Virus record (IMG/VR): IMGVR_UViG_3300031885_000004
Location: 17,510-81,509 of that record
DNA from: a virus
Direction: 5' to 3' (one strand)
Length of the DNA: 64,000 nt
Under the pieces are notes generated by a model. The model did not search any database, was not told the origin of the DNA, and saw only the letters and a program-made list of their open reading frames with translations. The first letter of the stretch is position 1. Each line of letters opens with the position of its first letter. The position numbers were made by a program, and so were the translations under genes. Below are positions 8,512 to 19,514 of this stretch, piece after piece.

Positions 8512-10104
8512 ATGCAAGTTGCACGGTTATGTCTCAGAGGTAGTTTGGTCAATTATACGTCAAAGAACCTTAACCGCGATCAGAGCCTTGATGTAGACCA
8601 AATCACCGTTAAAATGATTAACGACCCTGAGATTGCATCAAGTAAAGGTAAATTCAAAAGACAACTGGCCAGAACCATTAAGGGTGAGTATCTAGATTCG
8701 CAGGATGTTGCTGAAACTGAATTCTGGATATCAACGTGGCGTGCCGTATTGTCTCTCACATATCATGTACCACTGGAATGCAGAATGTTCGGCAAGGCCA
8801 CGATCAACGGCCATATTGCAAGAAAAAAGACAATGCTATATAATGGAGATGTAATTGAGATAGGTGATAATATCGCTATATCTGCCGAAGAAATACTGCC
8901 CATCCCACCGCAACATATCTTACACATCTGCACGCCCGAAGAAACTATCGATATCACAACCAACGTACGAGCATTGCTTACTAATCCTGATGAATCAACA
9001 AGATTCGTCATCATTAAAGATAATAACGTTATCTTTGGACCAGCATCACCTAAGGCCAAAAGCCATAGAACCAAAATCAATGGCGACTTTAGCCAAACAA
9101 ATGCCAAAATTGGCGACATCTGCCGCATCGTCGAAGGCCGGGACAAAGGGCTAGAAGTTGTAATCGGTAAAGTGACGCCTGAGTCAATTCACATGGGTGA
9201 CCCGCAACCATTGGTGATAGGGTCGGACCCAGAAGTGATGAGGATGGCATATAATGAGTTGAAAGACGAGTATTCGCCTTCTCAACTCGATCCGCAGATG
9301 GTTGTGCTGCCTGCGGTTAAGCCGATTCATCTAATAATCAGGTCCCGGAGAACCAACCCGGAAGTAATCTTCGACGATTCACAGATGAGAAAACTCGTCA
9401 AGAATTATGGATGGGAACTCTTCGGACAGATCATCAAGGAGAATAAAAGACCCATGTCCAAAACTCCCAAAATAATTAAGGGTAGCGCTGACGCCGTCGC
9501 GCTACAAATCATAACATCGTTGTTTTCGTCTGGTAAGGAATCAATCAAGTACGAGGTTGTAAACAACGCTTCGATGATCAAGACTTCAACCGGTTTATTG
9601 CCGATGTGGATCGTGACCAAAATTGGAGAGTTGAAACGCGAATTCATTGCACTCAATGTTGATATCAAAGTGGTGGAGGGAGAGGGAATCTACATCAAAC
9701 CAATCGGTATGACCCCAACCATATCGAGACGTATTGTAGACGCTCAATACATACAGACTAAGTCATTTGACGACCAATATAATCAAGACAGCGATCAAAC
9801 CGTCAGAGATGTCCTTGAATCTCAAATCGCTGACAAAACCAAGACGGCTACCAACTTAAACTCACTATTCAGTAGTGATGCAATGAGGGAGCTTATTAGT
9901 AGATTACCACCAAAGATCGTAGAATATGTGCAATTAAGGGCGTGTCCACCACTGGATTTCGACGAAAAGTTTGGCAATCATCCGAAGAGATCAGATGTGG
10001 CAAGCTACCTTGGCATACACCCAAACGAAATAAAGAAATTCGATTCTATCATCAGGATGCAAATGCTGGCACTTGGAATGGGACCGGACTCTCCTCAAAC
10101 ATAA
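8512..10104 (+). CDS. Large sigma-like/HTH protein with possible FHA-like insertions
   Basis: C-terminal KRSDVASYLGIHPNEIKKF HTH; AETEFWISTWRAV region-2-like helix; TINGH..LYNGDVIEIG FHA-like strand. Confidence 0.45.
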   Translation: MQVARLCLRGSLVNYTSKNLNRDQSLDVDQITVKMINDPEIASSKGKFKRQLARTIKGEYLDSQDVAETEFWISTWRAVLSLTYHVPLECRMFGKATINGHIARKKTMLYNGDVIEIGDNIAISAEEILPIPPQHILHICTPEETIDITTNVRALLTNPDESTRFVIIKDNNVIFGPASPKAKSHRTKINGDFSQTNAKIGDICRIVEGRDKGLEVVIGKVTPESIHMGDPQPLVIGSDPEVMRMAYNELKDEYSPSQLDPQMVVLPAVKPIHLIIRSRRTNPEVIFDDSQMRKLVKNYGWELFGQIIKENKRPMSKTPKIIKGSADAVALQIITSLFSSGKESIKYEVVNNASMIKTSTGLLPMWIVTKIGELKREFIALNVDIKVVEGEGIYIKPIGMTPTISRRIVDAQYIQTKSFDDQYNQDSDQTVRDVLESQIADKTKTATNLNSLFSSDAMRELISRLPPKIVEYVQLRACPPLDFDEKFGNHPKRSDVASYLGIHPNEIKKFDSIIRMQMLALGMGPDSPQT

Positions 10105-10123
10105 ATTAGCGTTTGAGGTGAAC

Positions 10124-10465
10124 ATGGCAATAGTAATAGAAGTACCACCATCGTATGAAGATGGTGTCGAATCTGGAAGTAAAACTATTACATATCAATT
10201 GCAAGATGAATTGAAGGTAGGCGATACCACTACTATAATTGCTGGTTCTGCCAAAAGACGCATACGCATAACCAAGAAGGCATGGATACCAGAAATACAA
10301 ATGGGTAATAGACTAAGGTCAGAAATTATTCAAAATATCCCAAAGGGTAAGGCATTTAGTGGTGCTTTTCAGATTTCATATGAATATATTGATAAACACA
10401 CAGTTAAGCCACGAAAATATGGCGAGGATGTTGATAAAATAGCTGGCTTAATTGATATTGACTAA
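10124..10465 (+). CDS. Hypothetical protein
   Basis: GAGGTG SD; CAAACATA motif at 10096. Confidence 0.65.
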   Translation: MAIVIEVPPSYEDGVESGSKTITYQLQDELKVGDTTTIIAGSAKRRIRITKKAWIPEIQMGNRLRSEIIQNIPKGKAFSGAFQISYEYIDKHTVKPRKYGEDVDKIAGLIDID

Positions 10466-11007
10466 TATACTGGCCTATTCTTCTCATACCAACTACCAGA
10501 CATCGTTGGGCCGATCATTGGTTTATTAAGCCCCAACGGCGGCAAGAAGTGAGCCATAGCTGGAATACGCACGCCCGGAGGCATTTCTAATATCGACCCT
10601 TTATTCCTGCTTACTATTGACATAATAAAGTCTATTATATCTCTTGGTGTCTTCTTCATCTCGCTTGGAAGATTTGGGTTGTGGAATCCCATTAAACTTC
10701 TTCTGAATTCCATTAAATTAGGGTGTGTTGATGTGCCAAGGTCCATTCTGTTGGTGCCAAGAACAAATAAATTCCACCCTATAGTTACAACATTGGTTAT
10801 TGGATCCATTCTATCGACATATGGCACAATCTCAACGCTGGTTATTAATTCTGGGATCCTAAATGGTACATCGAACATTATTGGTGGGTATACTGGATTA
10901 TCGAATGGCTCAGAAAATCCTTTATCTTTAAAGAATCTTATCAACAGACGCTTGACTAGTTCTTCAAGCATCGCTGCACGGATTATATTATGAGTCCTTT
11001 GATCCAT
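10462..11007 (-). CDS. Hypothetical protein
   Basis: 181-aa ORF; CAAATATA motif 4 nt upstream. Confidence 0.7.
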   Translation of the reverse strand: MDQRTHNIIRAAMLEELVKRLLIRFFKDKGFSEPFDNPVYPPIMFDVPFRIPELITSVEIVPYVDRMDPITNVVTIGWNLFVLGTNRMDLGTSTHPNLMEFRRSLMGFHNPNLPSEMKKTPRDIIDFIMSIVSRNKGSILEMPPGVRIPAMAHFLPPLGLNKPMIGPTMSGSWYEKNRPVY

Positions 11008-11008
11008 A

Positions 11009-13165
11009 TTATATATTTGATTCTATGTAAGAAAAGGTTCCTCTCTTCCTAACTGATATCTTAGATGGGAACGCGTCAAGAAGATCGGTCTTATGGCTTA
11101 TTATCATAATCGTACTTGGTTTAGGACGCGAGTCTAAATTACCACAGAAATCGTTCATAATAACTTCTGTGAATGATTCGACACCTCTACTATCCAACGC
11201 CCCATCAACTTCATCTAAGACCATTATATTGCATTGCTGCCCATACATATTTATAAATAAATCGTGCAACGCAAACATCATTGCCATATCAATCCGTTTT
11301 CTCTCACCACCAGAGCATAGATCATAATCCCACTTTGACGGTAACACCGATAATGTTGGTGTAAACTCTATCCCAAAATCGCAACTAAATGCTTCCAAAT
11401 AATACTGAATCCTTCTATTTAGAATTGGCATCATGTTCATTAGCACAAACTGCTTTATCTTGTTCCTATCTCCATATGCCGACTTGATATAAGATAGATG
11501 CTCAAACAACATATTAAATTTCAGTCTAGTAGCATCAGACTCACCAATTTTCTTGGAAATACCAGCAATCTGTGATTTTATTAGATCAATCGTTCCACAA
11601 TGTGGGTTAGCCTCAATAGATAACGAATCAACTTGTGTCTTAAGATTTAATATTGATTGATCCAACAAATCAGCCAGAGACTTTAATCTCATTGCGCTAT
11701 CTATCGTAATTGTCGGCGTTGATTGCCTAGCCTGCTCGGCAACTTTGCGTAGCATATCATCTATAGCAATGAGGTCAGCCTCATATTTGATGATGTCAGA
11801 TGATAGCCTATTATTTTCGCTAGTCGTATGCTCAATATCATCTAGCATCATTTGAATTGACGAATTAATTTTAATTGCATCTTCAATCGACGCTATTTTG
11901 GGTATTGGAGGGAGCTTTAATATTAAATCTTCATGGAATTTAATATCTGATGCGATAGATTCTATTTCAATTTTAAGCTTACTTACATTATCAATCATCG
12001 GCCCGCACATGTCTATTGCGTGTTCTTTACCTATCTTCTGCTTGCACTTTGGGCAAATTGTACCAGATGCGGCGTCCCAATCTCGAATTGACGATTCAAT
12101 ATTTTGTGATGCAACTTCCTTCTCCATCATCTTTCTGCGAAGAACGTTTATTGCGCTGGTGGTGTCAATAATCTTCTTTGACAACTCTGCGCTAATCACA
12201 TGTTCCTTTTTCAATTGATCAATATCGTATTTCTTTCCACCATTAACTTTAGAGACGCATTTGGCTATTCTGTCGTTATTTGAATTTATCTTCTCTCTAT
12301 TTTGTATTATTGAGGTCTTTATAGCTGATTCTTTACGCTGATATTCCTTAACCTTATCGTCTATCTTACATATTGCGTCCCACCTTATCTTTAGACGCTC
12401 TATATCCGGCACGTCTATCGAATTACGCTCTTTTTTCTTGTTAACTATCTGTTTTTCAAACTCTTCTATTTTAATAGATCTAGTCTTATCATATTCATCC
12501 TTCAAAGCCACTGTTCTCAACAATTGATCATTTAATCTAGTTAGTTCTGCCTCATAAGCAGATAGACTAATTGAACATTTGGTAGCGGCCTGCTCAGTTT
12601 TTTCAGTTTTAGACTTGGCAACAGAAGCCCACAGATTAAGTCTATCAAGATTAAGCAATCTCTCCAAAGCAGCTCTACGTTTGGCATCTGCCATTTCTAG
12701 AAATGGCTTAGAAAACTGACCAAAAAATGTACTAGACACGAATATGTCAAAATCAAGACCAAATAAGTCATCAATAAATTGCTGAGTATTGGTTGTTGTC
12801 GATAGCGTTCTATCTTCACCGTTTAGCGATATCGACAGCTCATTCCTTCCTTCCGTTTTCCTGGTCCTGCTAATTTCCCATCCGTCAGTAGTCTTGATTG
12901 TGACGACACAATTTTCACCAGTATCCCAATTTACAATCTTATCGCCAGGCTTATCTTTAGAAAATGTTCTGCCAAATAGGCACCATATTATAGCTGTGGT
13001 AAGTGCTGATTTTCCACTACCATTACTATCTTGAAATCCATCGCTATCATCTTTATTACCAACGATAAGAATTGGTCCTAAGCCATCGATATGCAAATTA
13101 GTATCGTAATCACCATACGATAAAAAATTCCTAATTTCCAGATCGCTTATAGTTAGCTTGCCCAT
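11009..13165 (-). CDS. SbcC/Rad50-like (gp46) SMC ATPase
   Basis: NGSGKS Walker A, CPKC zinc hook, coiled coil, SGGE signature, LDE Walker B, ISH. Confidence 0.95.
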   Translation of the reverse strand: MGKLTISDLEIRNFLSYGDYDTNLHIDGLGPILIVGNKDDSDGFQDSNGSGKSALTTAIIWCLFGRTFSKDKPGDKIVNWDTGENCVVTIKTTDGWEISRTRKTEGRNELSISLNGEDRTLSTTTNTQQFIDDLFGLDFDIFVSSTFFGQFSKPFLEMADAKRRAALERLLNLDRLNLWASVAKSKTEKTEQAATKCSISLSAYEAELTRLNDQLLRTVALKDEYDKTRSIKIEEFEKQIVNKKKERNSIDVPDIERLKIRWDAICKIDDKVKEYQRKESAIKTSIIQNREKINSNNDRIAKCVSKVNGGKKYDIDQLKKEHVISAELSKKIIDTTSAINVLRRKMMEKEVASQNIESSIRDWDAASGTICPKCKQKIGKEHAIDMCGPMIDNVSKLKIEIESIASDIKFHEDLILKLPPIPKIASIEDAIKINSSIQMMLDDIEHTTSENNRLSSDIIKYEADLIAIDDMLRKVAEQARQSTPTITIDSAMRLKSLADLLDQSILNLKTQVDSLSIEANPHCGTIDLIKSQIAGISKKIGESDATRLKFNMLFEHLSYIKSAYGDRNKIKQFVLMNMMPILNRRIQYYLEAFSCDFGIEFTPTLSVLPSKWDYDLCSGGERKRIDMAMMFALHDLFINMYGQQCNIMVLDEVDGALDSRGVESFTEVIMNDFCGNLDSRPKPSTIMIISHKTDLLDAFPSKISVRKRGTFSYIESNI

Positions 13166-14229
13166 TATTGATGGTCTTCCTCTAATTCTGGTTTTAAACT
13201 AAATGATTCGTCTAATATCTGCTTATTTAGACCAATCAATAATTGTTCATTGAGTCCTTTGGGCTTGTCATATATTAGATATTTTTCAAATAGCGACGTC
13301 GGCTCTACCGGCGCTTCAGCATTGCTTGACAATTCTTTCTCTTTGGCTTTTATCCAGGATATTTTAATGGCGCCTTTAGATTCCAATTTGGCTCTTATAT
13401 CGTTTAGTTCGTCACGGGACTTAGTTGTATCTAGCATAATTCTAACGTTACAATTAGATAGGTCAAGTCCTGCAGCATCTGGCTCGAGTATAGTTATAAA
13501 ATCTGGTGGAGGAGTGCCACCAATTAAGCGATTGCCGATCTTAATATCGATAAATTTAGCTTCTCCCGATTCTATATCATACTCGTAAAATCCATGGCTA
13601 ACCATTCCCTCATCAAACCTAAACGGTAATGGGCTGCCAGGAATCAATACTTTGCCTATCTGTTGGTTACAATGAAAATGGCCAGCAAACACCTTCTCAA
13701 ATTTGGTTTGGTCAAATCTAACGGCCCCCCAATGCTGCATCAGGAAACAAACATTAGATGTTGCACCAGATACTCCAACGTGCGTTAAAAGCACCTCACC
13801 ATCTTCAGCCTTATCATCATAATAATCAAGCACCGACATGTATACATCTTCATTCTGGATGAACGGTATAATCCTAAATCTACGTCCGCCAATTTTAATC
13901 AATGCAACATCGTTAATTAATGTCATCAGCCTCTTCATTGGACGTAACGAATTAATGTCCCACGTGTGTCGAAGAAACATATCGTGATTACCTGGGAACA
14001 TTACCCATTCTTGCCCATAAGTATACTTTGTCTCATCTAGAAAGTCAGCAACATCAGAAATGACTTTAATATTTAGATTGACTCTATCGTGGAAAAGATC
14101 ACCAGCCACCATAACTACATCTATCCCATTTTCTCTCGCATATTGTCTTATGGTCCGCATTGACCATAAGCAGTCATCAAGCTTATTGTGAACGCCGCAG
14201 TGAATGTCCGCACATACGATGATCTTCAT
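13165..14229 (-). CDS. SbcD/Mre11-like (gp47) nuclease
   Basis: ADIH, GDLFH, GNHD and GHFH metallophosphoesterase motifs; adjacent to the SbcC-like gene. Confidence 0.93.
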   Translation of the reverse strand: MKIIVCADIHCGVHNKLDDCLWSMRTIRQYARENGIDVVMVAGDLFHDRVNLNIKVISDVADFLDETKYTYGQEWVMFPGNHDMFLRHTWDINSLRPMKRLMTLINDVALIKIGGRRFRIIPFIQNEDVYMSVLDYYDDKAEDGEVLLTHVGVSGATSNVCFLMQHWGAVRFDQTKFEKVFAGHFHCNQQIGKVLIPGSPLPFRFDEGMVSHGFYEYDIESGEAKFIDIKIGNRLIGGTPPPDFITILEPDAAGLDLSNCNVRIMLDTTKSRDELNDIRAKLESKGAIKISWIKAKEKELSSNAEAPVEPTSLFEKYLIYDKPKGLNEQLLIGLNKQILDESFSLKPELEEDHQ

Positions 14230-14248
14230 AATGCGGATTAAATACTGG

Positions 14249-16408
14249 TTATCTACCCCAGCCGATATCTACCACCTGGACATTCGCTTGTTGCGTTAAA
14301 GTCTCTATGGTTCCTTTATATTGAGAAGTAACTCTTATAGAATAACCTCGGCAACATTGCGATCTTGTATCATTAATCATCACATTTATAACTATATCAA
14401 CATCTACACCAGACAATGGCTTAACCATAAACGTAACATTACCTGGTATAGACGATAGCTCAGATGCACCGCCGCCGCTTATTTCGGCGTTTTTGTTATT
14501 GTCCTCAAATATTATAGTGCTATGGACAGAACAATTATCTTGATACTGACAATTATCACGCTCTTTTGAACCACCGCACAATTCTGGCTTCCAATCGAGC
14601 TGCACTGTAATATCAACTGGGCCGTTAGATTTTATGTTGGCTTTGTATGTGTCTGTTCTTCCATCTACAACACTATATTGCGTAGATGATTGGAGTCGAT
14701 TTGATTCGTCAACCACCATCTGATCTAATTGCATCCCACCATTTTGTAGCTCAAATGTGATTGGGCTATCGCAATCACAATCACATTCTGGTGGGTGTGG
14801 TTTTGGGGCCTTCAGAATTGGCTCTTTAGCTTCACCATCGCATGCGAGTCCTTGCGCATTGGCGGCGCCAGATGGCAGTTTTTCAAGCTCGCCACATCTC
14901 CAATGGTTGACCCCGCATGGATTGTCCCCAACATTTGGACACCAGAAGAACGGCTCCTGGCAACATTGCTCATTTGGCCGTGGTGGAGTCACTATTCTAA
15001 ATGGATATTTAGGATCCGTTAAGTCCCACCATTCAAATTTATACGCATTGTAGCGTGCGGCTGATAGACAATCTGGCGTCGGCTCCCACGATGGCAGTTC
15101 TAATTCCGGCGGTGTATATTCAGGTGGTGCATATTGATAATATCCAATGTCTTTGCATCTCCTGGTTGTGACTTTAGCAGCCGCGAATTTCGCTTGCATA
15201 ATATCACCAACCGGTAGTGAACTGGCGCTTAAGGCTAAATTGCTAACACATACATCTGTTGGTAACGAATAAGATAAAGAGAACATACTATTTGTAAGGT
15301 CAGATTTTCGCAAACTAGATATGACTGACCCAGATTGTATCGATGTATCTGCAAGTATTTGGTTTGATACAAACAAAAATGGCGAGCCATCCCTTCCAGC
15401 TTGACCTTTTGGCCCTCTCTGCCTTACTTTATATCTCCAACTTGAAATATCACTAGCACCTTTAGTAAACGATAGTGTACCCCATATCTTATTAGTGCTA
15501 TGATCAAAATTGATTTCAGTATTTGTGATACTAATATCTATTCTATTATCATATATTATAATAGTGAGAGGCTTCGATTCTTCTGGCCACACACTAGCAG
15601 TTAATAGACTATCAATTATTCCTTGGATTCTAACGACATCAATCCCAAGTGAGACTATACTTTCTAGTTTAATAATGGCCGCATCTATATTGTTATTTTG
15701 TACATCTCCATGCGCCTCATATTCTAATTCAGACGCTTGTTTTTGTTGATCAGTCAGGTTCTGACTTTCGCTTCCACCAACTACGATTGGCGACGTCCCC
15801 CCAGATATCCTAATTAAATATTCAACTAGGATCGTATTGGCGCGATATAATCTAAGTGATATGTCCGCATCTATTGGTGTGTCGACTGTAGTTTCAAATT
15901 CAAACTGGTTGTCAGAAGCATGCGTTGGTAGGAAATATCGCTCGCGCTCTGCTGGTATACCATCTCTACCAGTTATGCCTTTTAACCCAACTTGTCCTTT
16001 CGGACCGGCACAACAACTACGTAGGAGCTTCTGGTATAACCTATTCCTATCAAGTTCAATTTGCAACTTACCATTTGGCCTTGGATAAAATCTTATTAGA
16101 TCATCAGACGAATAGAAGAAATAATAATAAGGAATGTCACCTGGAGTATCGAGTTTGAATAAACCAAAATCCATTCCTTTGTCTATTAATTCTTGAATTA
16201 ATAACATTCTCTTATAAAGCGACGGGTATACCAAACCATCGTTATATCTAGTAACAAGATCTGGAGATTCAATCCTGCCCTTGTATACCCACGTATCATG
16301 CTCAGTATTATACTCGAATATATTACCATTACCATCGATGATTTGGTCGCCATCTTTCATCCCCCTGGATGGCAGTTTGGGCGGAGACGGTGTTAATTCT
16401 TCTGTCAT
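14249..16408 (-). CDS. Putative virion structural/fibre protein with short collagen-like and Cys-rich segments
   Basis: GPKGQVGLKGITGRDG and GPKGQAGRDG G-X-Y runs; clustered Cys. Confidence 0.5.
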   Translation of the reverse strand: MTEELTPSPPKLPSRGMKDGDQIIDGNGNIFEYNTEHDTWVYKGRIESPDLVTRYNDGLVYPSLYKRMLLIQELIDKGMDFGLFKLDTPGDIPYYYFFYSSDDLIRFYPRPNGKLQIELDRNRLYQKLLRSCCAGPKGQVGLKGITGRDGIPAERERYFLPTHASDNQFEFETTVDTPIDADISLRLYRANTILVEYLIRISGGTSPIVVGGSESQNLTDQQKQASELEYEAHGDVQNNNIDAAIIKLESIVSLGIDVVRIQGIIDSLLTASVWPEESKPLTIIIYDNRIDISITNTEINFDHSTNKIWGTLSFTKGASDISSWRYKVRQRGPKGQAGRDGSPFLFVSNQILADTSIQSGSVISSLRKSDLTNSMFSLSYSLPTDVCVSNLALSASSLPVGDIMQAKFAAAKVTTRRCKDIGYYQYAPPEYTPPELELPSWEPTPDCLSAARYNAYKFEWWDLTDPKYPFRIVTPPRPNEQCCQEPFFWCPNVGDNPCGVNHWRCGELEKLPSGAANAQGLACDGEAKEPILKAPKPHPPECDCDCDSPITFELQNGGMQLDQMVVDESNRLQSSTQYSVVDGRTDTYKANIKSNGPVDITVQLDWKPELCGGSKERDNCQYQDNCSVHSTIIFEDNNKNAEISGGGASELSSIPGNVTFMVKPLSGVDVDIVINVMINDTRSQCCRGYSIRVTSQYKGTIETLTQQANVQVVDIGWGR

Positions 16409-16995
16409 GGTTTTGGCCTAAATAGGTTTTGCCTACCACGTTCCAAGTTATGTTTGATTATTTTCTTCTTTTGCTTAACAGATATAGGCATATTGTCTGG
16501 AATGTGCTCTATAACCGTAATTATTGGTTTAGCATTAATTATGGTGTTATCGACTGAGATTAAGTCAATCGATTGGATCCACGATACAGTTATAACTTTG
16601 GAAAATCCTTCGAGCAATTTCGGCATATCTATATCATGACTTTCTTCTATTTCTTCTTTTGTATAATCATCACTGGAACATTGATCAATTGGGCGAGTTA
16701 CAACATAGGCGCATATTGCCGCCCCAAGTTTTCTTGCTATGTCGATTATCGATTTCCTATGTGAAAGTTTATTATATATCGTTGTATCTATTATGATATC
16801 TCCTCTAACTATAAAAAATGCAATGAGCTGCTGGAGGATCTCATAGTCGTTGTCTCCGAATCCTATGCTAAAAGCAAGTTCTTCAATAGATATTCTATAA
16901 ATATTCTTCTTCCCAATTTGCATATATCTAGCAAACGTCGTCTTCCCAGAATTGTGTCCACCACACAATAGGTGAATTATCCTTGGGTTAACCAT
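16405..16995 (-). CDS. P-loop kinase (AAA_33/PNK-like)
   Basis: CGGHNSGKTT, IIIDTT, R motif. Confidence 0.7.
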   Translation of the reverse strand: MVNPRIIHLLCGGHNSGKTTFARYMQIGKKNIYRISIEELAFSIGFGDNDYEILQQLIAFFIVRGDIIIDTTIYNKLSHRKSIIDIARKLGAAICAYVVTRPIDQCSSDDYTKEEIEESHDIDMPKLLEGFSKVITVSWIQSIDLISVDNTIINAKPIITVIEHIPDNMPISVKQKKKIIKHNLERGRQNLFRPKP

Positions 16996-16999
16996 AAAA

Positions 17000-17200
17000 T
17001 TATATATCGTCGACTTGATCTATAAATATTGAATTCTTCACCCATTCATCGCACGTTATTTTAATTAATTTAATAATCTTCTCAGAATCAACATACTCTA
17101 TTTCCCATAAGTCTCCGCATATCCTACTTGATGTTACCACAACATTTCTCCCTCTGTATACCCATAGCGAGAATGGTAGAATAGGTGTTATTGCATCCAT
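17000..17200 (-). CDS. Hypothetical protein
   Basis: Tightly packed within the minus-strand gene run. Confidence 0.5.
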   Translation of the reverse strand: MDAITPILPFSLWVYRGRNVVVTSSRICGDLWEIEYVDSEKIIKLIKITCDEWVKNSIFIDQVDDI

Positions 17201-17202
17201 AA

Positions 17203-17412
17203 TTAGACACTATATGATTTCTTTTTAATTAAACCACGCATTGAACCAAACATTGTTCGTCTATTATAACATCGTTCGTTATCGTTGATTTTGGTGCATC
17301 CTGAACATAACCTCCTACCAGCCCAGGTCAAGAATGGTTTTTGGCATTTTAGGCATAACATAGTCTTAATGATGCTTCCGTCTGGACCTGATGTTTGTGA
17401 TGTAAGTTTCAT
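17203..17412 (-). CDS. Small Zn-finger protein
   Basis: CLKC...CSGC. Confidence 0.6.
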   Translation of the reverse strand: MKLTSQTSGPDGSIIKTMLCLKCQKPFLTWAGRRLCSGCTKINDNERCYNRRTMFGSMRGLIKKKSYSV

Positions 17413-17423
17413 TTATCTCAAGC

Positions 17424-18029
17424 CTAAAAATATAAATTATCTATCATATATCTTACGCCAAAATTATGATCAATATCAGTAATATACCCTAGGTTTTTGG
17501 CTTTATGGAGCCAATCACCCATCATTATTCTATCACGTGGCGACCCAATTTGTTTTTCGACGTGGTTACATAATTTTGTGAAATTGAATGTATCAGAAAC
17601 AAATTGGCGAACAGCCAGATCGCTAAAGTGCCAAAGTGGTGCTGAGATCTTAGAAGTAGTTGCAAGCGCTTGTTTTATTATGATTTGCTCTTTATCTTTT
17701 AGTATATTAAACCACTCTTTCCCTTCTATTGAAATATCTGACTCACGCACTGGTTGCTTTTCATCAATTGGTTCTAATGTACCATCAGGTTGTTGGACAA
17801 ATTTCTTCTCTCGCAGAGCGCGAATATATTCTATGGCTTCTGCTCCGGAAAATCCAGCGCGTTCTAGTAACCTGCGCGCATCGTTCAAGCCCATTTCATT
17901 TCCTTCGATCACGAAGCGATATCTTACGATGTCCCCAGTGCTCGTAATGATCACCGATATATAATCTGAATCGTGCACATCAGGATCTTCAGTGATTAAT
18001 CTCGCCATATCTTCTGGAATAGTGTTCAT
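17424..18029 (-). CDS. Hypothetical protein with ITEDPD leader
   Basis: MNTIPEDMARLITEDPDV. Confidence 0.8.
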   Translation of the reverse strand: MNTIPEDMARLITEDPDVHDSDYISVIITSTGDIVRYRFVIEGNEMGLNDARRLLERAGFSGAEAIEYIRALREKKFVQQPDGTLEPIDEKQPVRESDISIEGKEWFNILKDKEQIIIKQALATTSKISAPLWHFSDLAVRQFVSDTFNFTKLCNHVEKQIGSPRDRIMMGDWLHKAKNLGYITDIDHNFGVRYMIDNLYF

Positions 18030-18067
18030 CTTCTAATACACTCCAGATGGCCCATCAAAACAAACAT

Positions 18068-18406
18068 TCATCTTCCAAACCAATGTTCATACATTTTATC
18101 TAGAAATTCTTGATTTATTGGGTATCCTGACGCATCTCCTATCACAGTATCTTTGTTACAATATGGGCATGGGGCAGTCGGTTCGCGTGGCTTACCGGTT
18201 TTAGGATGTGGATTTTCATTCATCCAATCGGTGACCTCAGATGGTGGGAATATCATACCACAGTAGAAGCACCCACACTGTTTGCTTCTTAATATTTCAC
18301 TTTGATTCGAAATCGAATGGTCATGAGCTTCGATAACATCATATATCCCAGGATCTTGTATGCCCATCTCATCCCAGCCTTCGCCAATTAATTGTATTAG
18401 TTTCAT
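18068..18406 (-). CDS. Zn-binding hypothetical protein with MKL..E leader
   Basis: MKLIQLIGEGWDEMGIQDP leader; CGCFYC...CPYC...VIGDASG. Confidence 0.8.
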   Translation of the reverse strand: MKLIQLIGEGWDEMGIQDPGIYDVIEAHDHSISNQSEILRSKQCGCFYCGMIFPPSEVTDWMNENPHPKTGKPREPTAPCPYCNKDTVIGDASGYPINQEFLDKMYEHWFGR

Positions 18407-18451
18407 ATTTAGTCCTATGACTTACGAGTGAGCCTGTCGTCAGTAAGATAT

Positions 18452-18976
18452 TTATGATGCCTGCATGGTGTAATCAAATTCTTCTTCCTCTGGTGGTATC
18501 AGAGCATTAAATTGCCCACGCACGGCATCCTCCGGCACTCTCTTGTCTCCACGCGTTAGTTGTCTAGCTACCAGAGTTTCGACGTCCGCGCCTGGGAATG
18601 TTATTGCAATAGCTACGTATCCAAATTTCTTAGCGTTCTCAATATAAAAAGACCTACGCCTAGGTGTCAGATTGGTATTATCAACATATATGTCTTTCCC
18701 AGTTTGAATCAATCTTATAAATTCATCATTAGCTTTATTTGAAAATTGCAAGTCTTCAGACGATTTCTTCCAAGCTACAGCATAATCTTTTGGGTCGTAC
18801 CAGCGGTGGCGAAGAATATCAAGCGAAAAGACTTCAATATCTGGATTGTGTCTTTTAAGCTTGTTTAGAAATGTACTTTTACCAATACCAGAAGGTCCAA
18901 TTGGCATATATAGCATTGGCCTATTTGGTATATCTGGGTCTTCTGTAATAAACCTAGCTATATCTGCTGGTTCCAT
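18452..18976 (-). CDS. AAA_33/polynucleotide-kinase-like protein with ITEDPD leader
   Basis: IARFITEDPD followed by GPSGIGKST, SLD, VDNTNL...RR, VPEDAV. Confidence 0.85.
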   Translation of the reverse strand: MEPADIARFITEDPDIPNRPMLYMPIGPSGIGKSTFLNKLKRHNPDIEVFSLDILRHRWYDPKDYAVAWKKSSEDLQFSNKANDEFIRLIQTGKDIYVDNTNLTPRRRSFYIENAKKFGYVAIAITFPGADVETLVARQLTRGDKRVPEDAVRGQFNALIPPEEEEFDYTMQAS

Positions 18977-19494
18977 TAGCTTTTGGTATCCATTTTATAA
19001 GCATCAGCCATCATTTCGGTCATTCTCTTACAAACATGATCAATAGCTACCATATTTTTACTAGCAGCATATATCTCAGCTCGTTCTATATCTGGTATAC
19101 CAACCATTATTCCTGGTTTATTCATAGCAACAGGATCATCGATGTAGTCGTATAACGTAAGTTTAACGTCGTCGTTTTCATCAACAGACATTGCTAAAGT
19201 ATATTTAGTTAGATATTTATTAAGGGCATCTACCCATGGTTCAACATACCATCCACTCTTATTTTGGTGAAGTGCATTTATTACTTGATCGCGTATTGAT
19301 AATGCTATTTCTTTGGTGTCATCAACCAAAGCGGCGATTGGTGTACCAGCACCACCTTTAGGACAACCATATTTATGTCCAGTACCACCCTGTTTCTTGT
19401 CCCACCCACCACACGAATTACAATATTCCTCAGACAGAATGTCTGGGTCTTCAGTTATTAACTTAGCTATGTCTTTAGGATCCTTTGGATTCAT
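18976..19494 (-). CDS. Hypothetical protein with ITEDPD leader and CxxC...HxxxC motif
   Basis: MNPKDPKDIAKLITEDPDILSEE. Confidence 0.8.
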   Translation of the reverse strand: MNPKDPKDIAKLITEDPDILSEEYCNSCGGWDKKQGGTGHKYGCPKGGAGTPIAALVDDTKEIALSIRDQVINALHQNKSGWYVEPWVDALNKYLTKYTLAMSVDENDDVKLTLYDYIDDPVAMNKPGIMVGIPDIERAEIYAASKNMVAIDHVCKRMTEMMADAYKMDTKS

Positions 19495-19514
19495 TAGTTT
19501 AGTCCGCCACCAAC

